NCBI GenBank assembly: GCA_965237525.1 | Contig: CBDEFO010000008.1 | Location: 128,001 to 192,000 of the forward strand | Direction of reading: 5' to 3' | Origin: Candidatus Latescibacterota bacterium | GTDB taxonomy: Bacteria > Latescibacterota > CBDEFO01 | Length of the DNA stretch: 64,000 nucleotides | Shown: in pieces, positions 20,878 through 32,167 of the stretch | Numbering within the stretch: the stretch's first letter is position 1 | How the letters are laid out: each line of letters opens with the position of its first letter | The notes under the pieces: model-generated | What the model was told of the DNA's origin: nothing | What the model saw: only the letters and a program-made list of their open reading frames with translations | Databases searched by the model: none | Translations under genes and position numbers: made by a program

Positions 20878-22565
20878 TTTGATCGCAGCTGTTCGGTCTT
20901 CTGATAGTCCAAAGTCATAGCCTTCTCATCTATCCACACTTTGTAATTCTCTTTGGCGCTCTTTACGGAGACGAGTCCGTTTATCACGTCTTTGAGGACC
21001 ATTTCGGCGTCCCTTTCAGAAGGCACGTAGAAGCCGCCCCCGCCGGGGAGGTCCAGATGGACTTCGATTCCGGGCTCCAATACGTACCTACGTTTTGGAT
21101 GTGGATAAGTTCCATCGGAAAGGTAAAAGCTTCCGGGTCTTCCTGGACTGCCACCTCTGAACCCTCTGGCCGGATTTTTTATGCGGTCGTACATACAGGA
21201 GTGTACGGCGGGCCTGTCGCTCCTTATGCTTATGACCATCTTCTGTCCGAGGCCGCCCCTGAATTTGCCGGGTCCGCCTGAGCCGGGGATGAGCTCGCGC
21301 CTTTTCATAAAGAGCGGGGATACGTTCTCTATGACCTCGGCCGGGACTCCGAGGACGCCGCTGGGGAATGCCGCAGCGGAGATACCATCTGAGGTGGGGC
21401 GGGCGCCTGTCCCTCCCGATGAAAAGTAGATATATGCAAACTTCTGGCCATTTTGATCGTATCCGTCAAACTGCGTGTTCCATAAGTTGGACGAGCCTTC
21501 GGCTGTGACCCTTTCGGGTATGACCTTGGAAAGGGCGCCGAAGATAGCTCCGTATAGGAAGTGTCCGAGTATGTGTCTTCCGCTTACTGGCGCAGGCCAC
21601 AGGGCGTTGAGTATGCAACCTTCGGGAGCATGGACGGTCACGGGTCTGAAGCTTCCTTCGTTGTTGGGGACTTCGGGGTTGACAGCGCACTTGAGCGGAT
21701 ATGTGGTGTAGGCTTGGCAGTAGTTGAACACCACGTTTATGCCTCTTTCGGATTCTTGAGACGTCCCCGTGTAGTCCACCGTGATGTCTCTGTCCTCGAC
21801 GGCTATGGCCACTTTGACGATTATGTCTTCGTCGAAGCCGTCCATGCGTATTTCATCTCTATACGTGCCGTTTGGGATCTCTGATATAGCATCTCTCATG
21901 GCCTCTTCCGAGCGATCGATTATTGCATCTGACAGGGGCTCGATGGTATCGAGACCATATTCGTCCATGCACTCAGAAAGTTTTTCAGAACCGACTTCGT
22001 TGGCTGAGACCTGGGCGGTTATGTCACCCATTACCAGGTCAGGGACTCGGACGTTAGCTCGGATGAGTCTAATTAAGGTCTGATCGAATTCCCCCTTGTT
22101 GCAGAGCTTCATAACAGGGATGTAGAGTCCCTCTTCGAAGACCTCGCGTGCATCGGCTCCCATCGTCCTTCCGCCAATGTCCATTGCGTGGCAGATGTTG
22201 GCAAAGAGACCTACAGGTCTGTCACCTTTGAAAGTAGGCGTGACTACAGTGATGTCGTTGAGATGTCCCGACGTAAGCCAGGGATCGTTGCTAATGAGCG
22301 TGTCTCCGGGTCTGAGGGACTCTAAAGGATACCTCTCAAGGAAGAATCTGACTGCGTTTGCCATGCTATTTATATGGCCCGGAGTCCCCGTGATCGCCTG
22401 GGCTACCATGTTGCCCCTCGTGTCGAACACCCCTGCCGATATGTCCTCCGCCTCTCTGACGACCGTGGTGAAGGACGAGCGTATCAGGGCTGCGGCCTGC
22501 TCCTGTGTGATGGAGATCAGCCTGTTCCAGAGGACTTCTAACTGTATGGGGTCGAATTTTTCCAT
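20874..22565 (-). CDS. hyuB: Hydantoinase B/oxoprolinase family subunit
   Basis: DPIQLEVLWNRL, SNDPWLTSGHLND, HAMDIGG, EEGLYIP, SGGPGKFRGGLG, PGGGGF. Confidence 0.92.
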   Translation of the reverse strand: MEKFDPIQLEVLWNRLISITQEQAAALIRSSFTTVVREAEDISAGVFDTRGNMVAQAITGTPGHINSMANAVRFFLERYPLESLRPGDTLISNDPWLTSGHLNDITVVTPTFKGDRPVGLFANICHAMDIGGRTMGADAREVFEEGLYIPVMKLCNKGEFDQTLIRLIRANVRVPDLVMGDITAQVSANEVGSEKLSECMDEYGLDTIEPLSDAIIDRSEEAMRDAISEIPNGTYRDEIRMDGFDEDIIVKVAIAVEDRDITVDYTGTSQESERGINVVFNYCQAYTTYPLKCAVNPEVPNNEGSFRPVTVHAPEGCILNALWPAPVSGRHILGHFLYGAIFGALSKVIPERVTAEGSSNLWNTQFDGYDQNGQKFAYIYFSSGGTGARPTSDGISAAAFPSGVLGVPAEVIENVSPLFMKRRELIPGSGGPGKFRGGLGQKMVISIRSDRPAVHSCMYDRIKNPARGFRGGSPGRPGSFYLSDGTYPHPKRRYVLEPGIEVHLDLPGGGGFYVPSERDAEMVLKDVINGLVSVKSAKENYKVWIDEKAMTLDYQKTEQLRSK

Positions 22566-22566
22566 A

Positions 22567-25466
22567 TCAGTCTTTTCTTTCGGCTCTGAAGACGTATGCG
22601 TTCCAGTGGAATTTTATGACGTCGCTGTCACATTCGATTCCGAAGGCGGCCTTTACCTTCTCGGGGGCGTTCAGAAACATCTCTTTGAGCTGTTCTTTAA
22701 CTTTGGAGCCGACTCCGGCTCTGTCTGTCCATCGGCCAAAGGTTTGGTCGTAAGAAACGCAGAGGAGTTCAGCTTTAAGAATGAGTCCGGCTCCTTCGAG
22801 CATGCTCTTCCATTCTGTGGGACGATACATTCTCACATGCGAGGGATCGCGGATCGATTCAGCCTATTTATCCATCGGTCAATTTCATCGTCTTCAGGCG
22901 AGGATGGGTCGGATACTACGAGGCGTCCGCCCCTTCTTAAGACCCTTGCCGATTCCATGAGAAATGCGGGGACATCCCCGAAGTGATGGGGGGCGCTGCG
23001 GCAGGTTACAATATCGAAGGTTTGATCTTTGAAGGGAAGGTTCTCCGCATCGGTAAATTGAAAGATTACGTTGGAGATTCCGCGCTCTTTTGCAATTTTT
23101 CTCGCCTGTTTGAGCATGGGAGGAGTTATATCCGTGGCAATAACGGATCCTGCAAATTCCGCCACGGCAAAGGCGGTGAAGCCTGTGCCTGTGGCTACGT
23201 CCAAGCAGCAGTCTTTGCGGGTCGGACCAGCCAACTGTACGATTGCAGAGAGCGTCTCACCACTTGCGTGAACGGAGCTATTGGCGTATCGCTCGGCCTG
23301 TCTTCCGAACTGAGTCCTTGCAACGTCTTTTTTGCTCCCCGATAGATTCAATCGGGGATCGCATCGGGTCATAATAAGGTTGTTGTATCGATCCGTATGT
23401 GCCTGCCATTGAGGGCTGACTACCGCTGTGGATTCCCTCTCCTCCACGATGGCGGGACCTTTGAAGCTGGATCCGGGTGGGAGAGCGTATCGGTCGTAGA
23501 CGGGACAGTCTATGTATTCTTTGTACTCGTCGAAATAGACCTTCCGACGGGACTTAAGGGCGTCGTCTAAGTTGCCCTCCAAGGGCGTATGAAAGTTTAG
23601 TTTAACCTCGGGCTTGGGTCCAGATGCGAACACTCTCCAGTTTAGGGCTTCTATCTCAAACCCCCTATTCAGTCTCTTGTAGTGCCTGAGGTATTCTTCT
23701 TCAAAGGCTCTCTGCAAAGTTTGGATCGCCTCGGAGGTTATCTCTCCCGAAGGTACAAGGACATTGATCTCGAAGCCCTGTCCCTTGTAGCGCATGTCGG
23801 CTGACCTGATTATGATTACATCTTGTTCCGGGACTCTGGCGTTTTCAAGCAGACTCAGGACTGACCTTTCCATATCGCCAAATATACTATTGAGTCGATC
23901 TATATCGAGTTCCCCAAGGGAAGAAATGTACGTGCGCACCAGATCGAAGGAGATCGGGGCGGTCAATAAGCCGAAGGCAGACGTGGCTCCGGCGGCAAGG
24001 GGGACTATTATCTTTTCTATTCTGAGCTTTTCAGCGATCCGAGAGGCGTGCACTGGACCGGCCCCTCCGAACGCCGCAAGGGCGTACCTTCTGGAATCTT
24101 TGCCCTTTTCGACGGCGTGTATCCTTGAGCCGTTGGCCATGTTCTCGTTTACTACCTGATGAATTCCGAAAGCGGCCCGAGCCAGACCTAATCCGAGGGG
24201 TTCTGCTATTTTAGTCCGTATAGCGTCCACGGCCTTTTGAACGTTCAGCTTCATCCTGCCGCCGAGGAAGTACTCGGGGTTGAGGTAACCGAGGATTAGG
24301 TCTGCGTCTGTGACTGTGGGATCATCTCCGCCTTTATCGCAGCAGACAGGGCCGGGATCTGATCCTGCACTTTGGGGACCGACCTTCAAGAGTCCCATCT
24401 TGTCTATCGTGGCGATGCTCCCGCCGCCTGCCCCTATTTCGATCATCTCTATGACCGGTACCTTTATGGGAAGTCCGCTGCCCTTTTTGAACCGGTGGAC
24501 GCGTGCGATCTCGAAATCGGTGGTATATGTTGGGAGATTGTCAGTTATGATGCAGGTCTTGGCGGTAGTGCCTCCCATGTCGAATGAGATTATGTCAGGC
24601 GTATCTGTCAGTTTACCGTAGAAGACAGCGGCGAGTGCACCTGCTGCGGGACCAGATTCTATTATCCTTACAGGGAACTCTCCGGCTGTGTCGCAGGTGG
24701 CTATCCCTCCGTTGGAAAGCATTATATACAGATCGCTTTGAACCCCGAAGTCTTTCAATTCAGATTGAAGAGAGCCGAGATATCTCTCACAGAGGGGCTT
24801 GGCGTAAACGTTGGCGACTGTGGTGGATGTCCTTTCGTACTCTCTTATCTCAGGCACGACGTCAGATGAGAGAGATACTGACATCGCGGGTGCGATTTTA
24901 GCTATGGCATCCCTTACGGCAACCTCGTGAGCGGGATTTCGGTAGGAATGGAGGAGACAGACAGCTATCGCCTCCACGTCCTGGGACAGCAGGTATTTGA
25001 TCTTTTCTGAGACTTCATCCCCATCGGGCTCTTTCATTACGTTCCCCTCGCTATCGAGCCTTTCATCTATTTCGCATCTGAGATATCTGGGGATCAGGGG
25101 TTCTGGAAGTTCCAGAAAAAGGTCGTATATGTCGTACCGCCTTTCTCTTCCTATCTCCAGGGCGTCTCTAAAGCCCTCTGTGGTTATAAGGCCTGTCTTT
25201 GCTCCCCTCCTCTCTATAATGGCGTTCGTAACGAGTGTGGTGCCGTGTATGGCGTTGGCTATGCCCTGGGGGAATATTGCATTTTCCTTGAGGATGTCGG
25301 AAAGACCATCTACTACGGCTACAGATGGATCTTCTGCCGTGGTGGGAACCTTCTGGATTATTAGCTTTCCGGTCCGGTTATCCATAAGCATTATATCAGT
25401 AAATGTGCCGCCGATGTCCACGCCGAGGCGATATGTGTAAGAGGTACTGCCAGAAAGCATAGTCAC
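22567..25466 (-). CDS. hyuA: Hydantoinase A/oxoprolinase subunit fused to a class I SAM-methyltransferase (1-bp frameshift near 22862)
   Basis: GVDIGGTFTD, HGTT, EYERTSTT, ESGPAAG, DMGGTT, GAGGGS; then QFGRQAERY, LDVATGTG, DAENLPF, APHHF; RDPSHVRMY continues in the adjacent frame to 22567. Confidence 0.88.
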
Positions 25467-26410
25467 CTTTTAGCGAATATGAGTTGTACGTCCTTGCCTT
25501 CAATATCTTCTATCTGTATCTCTTGAAAGCCCGCCTCTTTCAGCCATTCTCCATACTCCTCCTGGGTCCAGGTGCCTCCACTTTCCGTGTTGACCAGCAT
25601 ATTGACCGCAAATAGCGGGGCGTAAGGGCTTCGACCCCGCACAAAGTCGAGGATCGCCACGTATCCATCAGAGCCGAGAGATTGGCCCGCTCTGTTGAAA
25701 AGTGCCTTGTTATCCTCCGGGCCATATATATGGGTTATGTTGCCCATAAAGATAAGGTCAAAGGGGACTTGGGGGACCGACTCCAAGAAATCGCCCACAA
25801 CTAAATCTATCCTCTTCTCCATCCCGAGAACAGGTCTAACAATATCTATCACTTCGGGTGTATCCAAGACAGTTACCCTGATGCCCCTTGCGGCAAATTC
25901 TACAGCGTGTGCCCCCGGACCACCTCCCAGATCTAACAGGGTCTTCATATTTGGGACGTATTCAAAGCAGATGTCCACAGCTTCCCGGACCGACTCTTTC
26001 GGTCTTTGTGCCATAGCCGCCACGAAGGTTTTGAGCTCCTCTTCGGATCTGAATCCTTGGGGGGTCTTTTCTCCCTTTATAAGTTCAGGGATAATCAGCC
26101 ATCGCCCCACCAGTTCGTACCGAAGCATAATCCTGCCAGCAGAATAGATGGGACTTGTAGAATCTACAAAGATATCCCTTGCTCTGTCGCTTATGTGATA
26201 CTTTTCCTCGTGTTTATCCAGATAACCCTCCTCCACAAGAGCGTCAGCGACAGCTATGATAGCTCTTTGATCTCCTTTAAGACCAGTTTCAATCTCAGGC
26301 GCGGACAGCGGACCATCGGACAAGAGGTCAAATATGCCCGCCTTGAAGGCACCTCCCACAAGCAACAGTACCTCCCAGTTGTCCAATTTTGATATGAGTT
26401 CTTCTGACAT
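25463..26410 (-). CDS. O-methyltransferase (Methyltransf_2 with dimerisation domain)
   Basis: LLDLGGGPG, VGDF, GNITHIYG, FAVNMLVNTESG; stop overlaps the hyuA start. Confidence 0.9.
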   Translation of the reverse strand: MSEELISKLDNWEVLLLVGGAFKAGIFDLLSDGPLSAPEIETGLKGDQRAIIAVADALVEEGYLDKHEEKYHISDRARDIFVDSTSPIYSAGRIMLRYELVGRWLIIPELIKGEKTPQGFRSEEELKTFVAAMAQRPKESVREAVDICFEYVPNMKTLLDLGGGPGAHAVEFAARGIRVTVLDTPEVIDIVRPVLGMEKRIDLVVGDFLESVPQVPFDLIFMGNITHIYGPEDNKALFNRAGQSLGSDGYVAILDFVRGRSPYAPLFAVNMLVNTESGGTWTQEEYGEWLKEAGFQEIQIEDIEGKDVQLIFAKR

Positions 26411-26808
26411 TACGGCAATCTTCCTCCTCAAGAAAGTAGTGTAGGGGCGAGGTCTCCTCGCCCATGTCAGACAAGCATGTCTGGCTCACCACGCCGAACC
26501 CAAGCCCCTCATGTTTCAAGGGCGCAGACCAACCGTTCGTATGATGTCATCGGTTACCTCCCAAGTTTAGATCCCTGTAAAAAAGCTCAAGCAAAAAGAC
26601 ATCACCTTTGTCCTTCAAGGCACGCAGTGTGAAAATAAAGGAAAACGTCTTACAGATCGTATGTGATTGTATCACAGCCGCGTGCAGACATTGTCTCTTT
26701 GGAGGTATTTAGCCGTATGAGATGAAGGGCTATGCAACTTTTGAGGGCATATAACCCTGCTGGCGCACAAAAATGACTATAATTGTATTATTTACCTTAC
26801 TTTAGTGC

Positions 26809-26837
26809 TTGACAACTCAACATCTTTGGATTATATT
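26809..26837 (+). promoter_or_regulatory. sigma70-type promoter upstream of the Rrf2 gene
   Basis: TTGACA-17 bp-TATATT. Confidence 0.6.
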
Positions 26838-27018
26838 GAAACGTTACCCGTAAGTTCAGGTGCTCTGTCGCTAAACCCCTTGGAGGCGACAACAGCAGGC
26901 GAGGTTCATTTTTAATTCCTAACGAATCTAACAAAGTGGTGAATATAGATACAGATGTAGTTATTTTAATAAACAAACTGCTTGTAGTCAAGCCATTTTG
27001 TACAGAGGAGGAGAGGAA

Positions 27019-27459
27019 ATGCAGTTAACTATAGCAGTGGATTATGCCACGCGGGCACTTATGCATCTGGCATCTCAGCCCAGTCCAAAGGCAGTCCTTA
27101 TCAGCCAGATAGCCCAAGCAGAAAATATTCCCAAAAGTTTCCTTGCCAAGATCCTCCAAGATTTAGTCAAGGCAGGTTTTGTCAGGTCCAGAAGGGGCAC
27201 CAAAGGGGGATTTTTCTTGGCATGTAATGCTGATGAGCTTACGATGCGGCAGGTGGTGGAAGCGATAGATGGACCTGTTGTGTTTCGCCAGTGCATATTG
27301 AGATGGGAGGGGTGTCCTCACGAAAGGGATTGTGCCCTGTGCGATGTGTGGTTAGAGGCAGAGGAGAAGATGCTTGAGTTGCTGGAGAAGTCTAGGATAG
27401 CCGATCTGCTGTTATATGAGAAGCAGAAAGGAGCTGAAATTCGACAAGATCAGCCGTAG
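27019..27459 (+). CDS. Rrf2-family transcriptional regulator (Cys-containing, probably Fe-S)
   Basis: DYATRAL, IPKSFLAKILQDL, SRRGTKGGF, C-x5-C-x5-C cluster. Confidence 0.93.
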   Translation: MQLTIAVDYATRALMHLASQPSPKAVLISQIAQAENIPKSFLAKILQDLVKAGFVRSRRGTKGGFFLACNADELTMRQVVEAIDGPVVFRQCILRWEGCPHERDCALCDVWLEAEEKMLELLEKSRIADLLLYEKQKGAEIRQDQP

Positions 27460-27802
27460 CGTCCCATGTGTCCCTTAAATGTTTGAGAATCCGACTCAGA
27501 CGATATGTCCTTTTGCTCTGTTCAGTACTGTTATTCACCCTCAGATATATGGCTCTTCTGACGCCCCAATACTATCCATGCTTTTGATAACTGTCCTCCA
27601 CGCGGCAGTCATGGGCAGACCGTGGTAACCTGCAAGAGAAAGCTTAACAAGAGCCACGCAGGCTTCATCAGAACGTGGGTCGAACCTCGTCTCTGTGCGA
27701 TGATGGACAGAAGAATCCTCGCCCCAGGGACAGAGTCGGAGCACAATGTCTCCCGTCTCACATGTCTCCAGCCACTTTAAGCCTGAATCGAGTGAACTTT
27801 AG

Positions 27803-29321
27803 AAGCCTTGTGAAAAACCCTTAGATTCAGAAAATAGTATAAAACAAGCATTGATAAAGCAGCTCCGATGTATTATATTATGTTATTGATAATATTATAC
27901 ATGGAGGAAACAATGACCCCACAAAAGCAGGAACAGACAAATCCGATGTTTCACTATTTTCAGATGGAGGATTTAGTTCCCGAGGATCATATCCTTCGTC
28001 AGATTGATGAGGCAGTTGATTTTTCATTTGTACGAGACGTTGTATCAGATTGTTATTGCCCTGACAATGGCAGACCCGGTATTGATCCTGAATTAGTTGT
28101 TCGAATGATCCTTATTGGCTATCTGTATAATTTGAGTGAGAATCGGCTCTGTCAGGAAGTGGGGATGCATGCGGCATATCGGTTGTTTTGTCATCAGACA
28201 TTTGATGATGCGGTTCCGGATAGGAGCACGATCAACAAGCTTCGCAATCACAAGTGGGCATCCAGTGGGTTGTTTGAACGGATAATGCGTCAGGTAGTCC
28301 AGTGTTGCATAGATGTCGGTCTTGTGAGCGGTAAACACCTTAGTGTCGACGGCACTCAGATACAAGCTGATGCTTCAGTGAAAAGTATTGAGCCGATAGA
28401 ACCCCCTTTTTCTCTTGATGATTATCTCAAGGGAATCGGTTTTGAAGGTGATAAGACAAAGGGTAGGTCCGGGCATCCTCAGGATAAAGACTTTCATGGT
28501 GAAAAGTGGACGAACCAAACACACCGTTCGACTACAGACCCCGACGCGCGCTTATACAGCAAATCGAAGGGCAAAGGGGCTTTTCTCTCGTTTATGGGCC
28601 ATGATCTGATCGACACAAAAAGCAGAGTAATCCTTGAGACTCAGGGCACGCAGGCGACAGGGACAGCAGAGCCCGAAAGTGCCCTTAAGATGGTAGATGA
28701 CCTTGAAACATACACCATGCCCAAAGACATTCAGACACTTAGTGCCGATACCGGTTACGGTTCTGGTAATTTTATCGCTGATGTACTTGACCGGGGAATC
28801 ATACCCCATATTCCTCTGCGAGCCGATGAGAAGATTGAACCGATTCCTACATGGAAAAACAAGACAAATCCAGCACATATTCAGGCCGAACGGGATAGAA
28901 AAGTGCGAGAGGCGAAAGCCAGAAATCATGCACGGTCTATCTCATTAACAGCTGACTACAAACTCTCCCGGAGACTCCGTAAACGCAGTGAACATATCTT
29001 TGCTGAAGCCAGGCAACAACACGGTATGGGACGAGCCCGTTATAGAGGACCAGCCTCACTGAATGAACAGTTGAATCTTGTTGCAACAGTACAGAATCTC
29101 AAGAGGCTTGTATCTTTCATAAGAAGGGGGAAAGCGCCTATGTGTGCCCTGTCTGTCAAAGACAGTGCATCCTGTTCTTCAAACAGCTCCTATTCCTTGC
29201 TGACCAGAACTCTGATAAGACTATTTTGCTTATTCCACAGCAAAACGATACGATATGCTACTCTTTGACCCATAATCGGCGCTTCAGACGCTGCCTGGGA
29301 CATAACTATTTCACAAGGCTT
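27803..29321 (+). mobile_element. IS1182-family element, copy 3 (1519 bp; transposase 27913-29268)
   Basis: Near-identical to copy 2 (a few SNPs); flanks do not match: TTAG on the left, CTAA on the right. Confidence 0.95.
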
Positions 29322-29437
29322 CTAATGCAATATGGAGGTTTCGTAAATTTATAAATGTTTTGAATCGTAAGTCTCCATATCAGAGTTGACTTTGTCACAA
29401 AAGTCTCTAAAATTCTATCAGGGCGCCTGGGGCATCA

Positions 29438-30382
29438 CTAAGCTGCATCCCCCTTGCCTATAATCTCGTTGATCCTTTTCATCTGGTCTTCCCCCAGCTT
29501 CCAATCTCCTGCACGGGCGTTTTTCTCCACCTGATCTGGTCTCGTCGCCCCGCATATAGCCAGCGTCACTCCCGGCTGATGAATAGTCCAATTTGTCACT
29601 AACTCCGCTAAAGAACTTCCGCACTCATCTGCTATCCCTCTCAATCTGTCCAGCATATCTAACGTCCTTTCAAACCTTTCGCCCCGAAACTCAGGGTCAT
29701 TCTTTCTGCTGTCCCCCTTGGGAAAGCTGTGTCCCTTTTGATACTTGCCCGTCAACAGCCCCTTGTAGAAGGGCCAGTACACGCACACCCCTATCCCCGA
29801 CTCTATACAGTGGGGCAATATCTCATCCTCAATTGCCCGCATTATCATATTGTAGGGAGGTTGAAGAGAATGGAGCGGCGCGTATTCTGCAAACTCCTTC
29901 ATAGAGGACACACTATAGTTGCTCACCCCGATCGCCCTTATCTTACCTTCTCTTAGAAGGTCATCCATCGTCTGCGCTGTATCCCGGAGGGGCGTATTCT
30001 CATCGTACGCATGGACTTGATAAAGATCTATCACATCTATATTCAACCTCTTCAGGCTCTCCTCCACCTGTCGCTTTATTCTTCCCCTGGAGCTATCGTG
30101 GCACAGTTGGTCATCCTTCCAGTGGAGTCCACCTTTGGTGGCTATGATCACCTCATCTCTCCTACCCTGGATAGCCCTTCCCACAAGCCTTTCGGACTCG
30201 CCGTTCTTGCCGTACATATACGCGGTATCTATAAAGTTTATCCCCACGTCCAGGGACTTTTTAATGGCAGCGATGGACTCTTTATCATCCACGCCGCTCC
30301 AACCGATCCCCGCGATAGGCCAGCATCCCAGACCTATTACGGAGACATTAAAGCCTGAATCTCCAAGCTGGCGATATTCCAT
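29438..30382 (-). CDS. Aldo/keto reductase
   Basis: IGLGCW, FIDTAYMYG, IATKGG, IDLYQVH, IGVSNY, QPPYN. Confidence 0.95.
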   Translation of the reverse strand: MEYRQLGDSGFNVSVIGLGCWPIAGIGWSGVDDKESIAAIKKSLDVGINFIDTAYMYGKNGESERLVGRAIQGRRDEVIIATKGGLHWKDDQLCHDSSRGRIKRQVEESLKRLNIDVIDLYQVHAYDENTPLRDTAQTMDDLLREGKIRAIGVSNYSVSSMKEFAEYAPLHSLQPPYNMIMRAIEDEILPHCIESGIGVCVYWPFYKGLLTGKYQKGHSFPKGDSRKNDPEFRGERFERTLDMLDRLRGIADECGSSLAELVTNWTIHQPGVTLAICGATRPDQVEKNARAGDWKLGEDQMKRINEIIGKGDAA

Positions 30383-30417
30383 GGCAAACTCCGTAAGGTT
30401 AGGTAGCCGATAACCGC

Positions 30418-31437
30418 TCAAGGCATAGGTATCACGTCTTTCCAGAAGTCGACTAATACGGCCTCCGCAGGCTCGCCCTTAGGGGAGTAGTCAAGATCGA
30501 CCCAGTTCCACCAGAAGATTCCTTCGAGCCAGGCACTCGCAGAAAGCACTGATAGAGCGGCTCTGTAGGAGTCGGCCTACTCCTGAAGGTCTTCTTTGGC
30601 CCCTTCAGGAACGGTCCACGGCTCAACGCTGGTTCCGTCCCAGACAGAATAGCCGATCTCCGTTACGACAACTTTTCTTCCGACTGACGCCTGCCAAACC
30701 GCTATGCTATCTGCCCACCTTTCCCATCCATCCATTATCTCCCCGAAAGGGGCGTCTGCTCTTTCTGTCAGTGGGAAGTAAGCGTTGATCCCCGCGTAGT
30801 CTAATTCGTCCCAGAACTCTATCTTTTGATACTCGTCGAAGTTGGCGGCATACGTCAAATCGCCCCTGAAATGTCCCCTCACATCCCTTGAAATCCCTCT
30901 CCAGTGTGAGGCAAATGCGCTCATCCCCACAAACTCTGTGCCGATGCAGAACTGTTCCACGTTATGCTCTGACGCAATCTTTGCGTAGTGCGAGATGAAT
31001 TCCTTGTAGCTCGAAAACCATCTTTCTATATCCTGGGACTCCCGGAGTGCAATGTGTCCCCTCCACGTCCCGTCCAGGACGTCCACATGGGGTTTCAGCA
31101 TGACCTTTAAGCCGATCTGGTGAGCCAAGTCAATTGTTTCCTGCAGGAAGTCGTCGGCGATGGTCTTTCTGCTGTCTTTGTGTATGCGACTCGAGTTCGG
31201 AGTGTTTTGATACCATGTGGCGGTTAGAGAGACCCAGTTTGCTCCGGTGGAGGCAATCTCATTTAAAACTCCTTCTGCGCTTTCGCCCGTAAGGCAGTAG
31301 TACTCCCAGCAGGCGAAAGACACGCCCCTTTGATAGCCATTATATCTAATAGGATCGGACGGACCTGTGGCATCGGAACAGTTGAAAAGATAGGGCTGAA
31401 GTAAAGATAGGAGCAGAATCGCTGCGTTTCGATTCAA
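30418..31437 (-). pseudogene. GH113-like TIM-barrel lipoprotein with an in-frame TAG at 30577
   Basis: GLKVMLKPHV, IGTE, TYAANFDE, FWDELDYAGINAYFPL, TEIGY; after the TAG the frame continues ADSY...WLEGIFWWNW...YSPKGEPAE to 30418. Confidence 0.8.
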
Positions 31438-31504
31438 TTGCGCACGTCTCCTGAATGTCGTCTTTGAAGATTTTGTGCAGTGTACATTTCTGATGCGGGC
31501 CAGT

Positions 31505-32167
31505 TTATTGATCCTCCAACCTGTTAAGATAATCTATGACTTCAGCAATATCCACCACATCGCCAAACTTGGCGTCTATATCAAAGAGGTTCCACTCGTG
31601 AGCCTCTGCAGCTCGGTCCTGGACGCATTGCCGTGGGACGACGGGCCTAAATCTGTAAGAGCGTGCGTCCACTACCGTTGCCCTTACACACGCGCTGGTA
31701 GAACACCCGGTAGTAATCAGCGTGTCCACACCGCGCTCAATCAGATACGGAGCCAGATGCGTGCCAAAGAAGGCGCTGGAATATTCCTTGTAGATGATGA
31801 GATCCTCTTTTTTAGGCTTTAGGCGCGCGTCGATCTGGCAGGCGCGTCCATCCCAGGGCCGATACCTGATGTCAGCCCCAGGCTGTGTATGCATCGGCCC
31901 TGCTGTTCCCTCGCGGAACGGTGCAGTAGTGTAAATGATAGGCACGTTCTTTGCGCGGCAAACCGGCAACAGCCGCTGGATACCCTCCACTGCCTCATCC
32001 AGACGCGCGGAGCCGCCCGCGTATTCCGGGTCGGTCCAGCCGTAGGCCATGTCAATAATGACCAGCGCAGGTTTCCTCCCAAAGCCCAATTTCTGCAGGA
32101 AGATACCACTCTGTTCATAGAAGTCCCTGACCGACTGAATGACCTTCTGTACGGCATTTTTATCCAT
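31505..32167 (-). CDS. Isochorismatase-family amidohydrolase (N-carbamoylsarcosine amidase/maleamate amidohydrolase-like)
   Basis: GFGRKPALVIID, SAFFGT, GCSTSACVRAT, DRA..AH..NLFDIDAKFGDV. Confidence 0.9.
   Translation of the reverse strand: MDKNAVQKVIQSVRDFYEQSGIFLQKLGFGRKPALVIIDMAYGWTDPEYAGGSARLDEAVEGIQRLLPVCRAKNVPIIYTTAPFREGTAGPMHTQPGADIRYRPWDGRACQIDARLKPKKEDLIIYKEYSSAFFGTHLAPYLIERGVDTLITTGCSTSACVRATVVDARSYRFRPVVPRQCVQDRAAEAHEWNLFDIDAKFGDVVDIAEVIDYLNRLEDQ

Noticed and set aside
27541..27802. Minus-strand ORF as a gene truncated by IS copy 3
   Set aside because: An in-frame TAA lies at 27799-27801 and there is no recognisable family, so it is not used as evidence for the inversion.
15073..29323. 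2-bp TA target duplication model for IS1182
   Set aside because: It would require the terminal base to differ among near-identical copies. A 4-bp YTAR target fits better.
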